This document shows positions 62,078-64,000 of a stretch of DNA of 64,000 bases, one piece after another. The DNA is taken from NCBI GenBank assembly GCA_030704615.1, contig CM060731.1, forward strand, positions 46,128,001 to 46,192,000, in the 5' to 3' direction. The notes beneath the pieces are model-generated. The model did no database searches. It had not been told where the DNA came from and was given only the letters and a program-made list of their open reading frames with translations. The stretch's first letter is position 1. Each line of letters opens with the position of its first letter. Made by a program: the position numbers and the translations under genes. This DNA comes from Takakia lepidozioides. Its lineage: Eukaryota > Plantae > Bryophyta.

Positions 62078-64000
62078 ATGTCCGCCGTCATTCGTGGGCA
62101 GCCATTACGTCCTGGTAAGGTGCGGCTGTGGTTCAGCGTAGGCTTAAGAGTATTAGGGTATGTATGCTTGCATTTGTTTGTGATTGTTTGAGAGGGAGGT
62201 CATGGAGGTGTTTGTGCAGGCTTGCGGGAGCGAATCGCCCTCGCAAGCCACGCGCTCCGAAGGAAAAAGCTAGGGATCAAGGTCCTGCAAGGCAAAGTGC
62301 CAGACTGAAGACGATGAAGACTACGATTCTGCATGAGGGCTCTTCTGAGGACGATGAGGACGATCCACTCCTCCCACGCCAGTGCGAGGCGAGTGCGTTG
62401 TTGGCGGATGCCACGGCAAGCCGAGGAGAACATGCCCATGCTCATGTCGCAGGACAAAAACGCCCATCATCTACACTACAAACACCTTCTCCGTCTGTGA
62501 GTTATAGTTCTTCACAATGACCATGATTCAAATTATGTATGTTTTTGGTAAAATCACGAAGAGATAGGGTATGGTAAGATCATGAAGAGATAGGGTATGT
62601 CTGTCAAGACAGGGAAGTTGGACAATGCAGGGGTCAGCCAAGGCACAATCACAAATGATTTCCACTAGACAAATTGAAGTGCCAAAGGCATGATGTCAGG
62701 CCAATGTAGACTTCAGGTGTGTTCAAATTCTTTGCCCCATGAAACCAACGTCCTGGTACTAAGCTACAATGGCTACTTATAGAGATACTTGGGTTACTTA
62801 TGCACCCAGAATATCAGTAAAACTTGGAGGGATACTTCTCATGGACCCATCAGGTTTGTCCATTTGAATTCTTGTTATGGATTTCAGGAACACCCCAAAC
62901 CTAAGAGGGTTCAAAAATGTACTGGGAGGACATCATTGGGGCCAATCAAATTTGGGAGATTTACTGCCCAAGATCATACTGAGTTTTGGGTAATCTTGTC
63001 TTTACAAATGATATGTGCTTCCAGTTTGTTATATTGAATTCAAGGATTTGCTGCTTGCTGCCTATATGTATGTGTAATCACCCACATTGTACTGGGGAAA
63101 TTTCTTTTCAGGGCAAGCACAAGCGCACTGGATCCACGATCCCTGCTGCTAGCAATGGAGATGGCGCCCACAAGAACGCAGGAGGTGGCCCTAACTCTCC
63201 CATCGTTGTGGGTTCTGTGCCACCAGTACCCCCACCTTATTATGGTATGCCTCAATACCCACAGTCTGGCACTCAATATGGTCAGGGTCAATATGGTGCT
63301 CCTCCATATGGGCAGTATGGCCAGTATCCTCCTCCACCATATTTGCCACCCCCTAATAGCTATGGGGGTGGCATGCCACTGAAATATTCTCCTGCTTATG
63401 GACAATATGGCCAGTATGGTCCTCGGCCTTCTGGCCAACAACCATGGCCACCAGTCCCTACTTGGCAGGATCCTGCTTTGAATTCTCCTGAGCGCACGGA
63501 AGGTCTCTGAAGGAGGGGAGGGTGCCGTTTCAAAGAATGATAGAACCAATGCTTTAAGGAGGGCTAATAGCTCAGCCAAAATTGAAGCTGCCAAGGTGAA
63601 GGAAGAGATAATAGTTGCAGGTCTTCCTCCCACGGTGATTTTGACGAACCTCAAAGGAGCCCCGTATGGTCAGACCTGGAATGTATGGCACGCTGCCCTT
63701 AAAGGACAGGCTTATCGCAAGCTAGATTGTTCCCTTGCCATCAACAACCAACCTGATGAAGTTGTATACGAAATCAGAGATCACCTAGCTAAGCTATTTT
63801 CATATACGCCACACAAGTTAAAAGACTTCCACCTAAAACAAACAATTGGCAGAATAATGAAGAGCCAGCGTTATGAAGCACACACTGCGTGGTTGGGTGG
63901 TAAGGGGAAACCCATTACTGTGTCTGACGAGGTATGGAACAAGCTTGTAAGTTACTGGCAGACAGAGGTGTTCCACAAAGTGTCGGGCAACATGAAGAAG
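62078..64000 (+). pseudogene. CACTA TnpA/Ptta-like gene (multi-exon, partial)
   Basis: ATG 62078 with GT-AG-bounded exons and a P/G/Y/Q-rich segment, then WHAALKG..IMKSQRY..VSDEVWNKLVSYWQTEVFHKVSGNMKK. Confidence 0.7.

Larger units (their letters stand above)
54873..64000. mobile_element. CACTA element, left terminus at 54873, running off the window; cargo, TnpD(-) and TnpA-like(+)
   Basis: cactacaaga terminus interrupts the older TnpD fragment. tgacta/agtcat subterminal repeats at 54895-55170 recur at 61140-61350. Other terminus not visible. Confidence 0.72.

Noticed and set aside
62986-63510. Pro/Gly/Tyr-rich ORF as an extensin-like host gene
   Set aside because: Continues by frameshift into TnpA-like sequence, so it is a low-complexity part of the transposon gene.

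Overview
Nuclear DNA from a land plant. The PLS-DYW gene style and retroelement lineages suggest a bryophyte, lycophyte or fern (inference). One host gene looks intact: a PLS-E-DYW PPR RNA-editing factor (11485-13689). The rest is nested transposons and scrambled gene fragments: L1 LINEs, an RLE-type (Dualen/RandI-like) LINE, Copia and Tcn1-like remnants, a young chromodomain Gypsy with solo LTRs, and CACTA elements. Main observations: (1) A Gypsy-type element with a DDE integrase plus PHD finger has split direct repeats (A1-gag/pol-B1-gc-A2-B2) instead of paired LTRs, with a palindromic circle-junction-like seam, no PBS and a 4-bp TSD. Its halves were separated by a ~10 kb inversion. (2) A 5.0-kb non-autonomous TIR transposon (18-bp TIR, 8-bp TSD) carries PPR repeats, a DYW C-terminus and other fragments, and the same cargo recurs inside a CACTA element and in a third block. 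(3) A degenerate gene resembles a gp2.5/Enc34-type ssDNA-binding protein. (4) An L1 ORF1 has a long C-terminal extension that may be two Nudix-like folds. All family calls are from motif recognition by eye; no searches were run.
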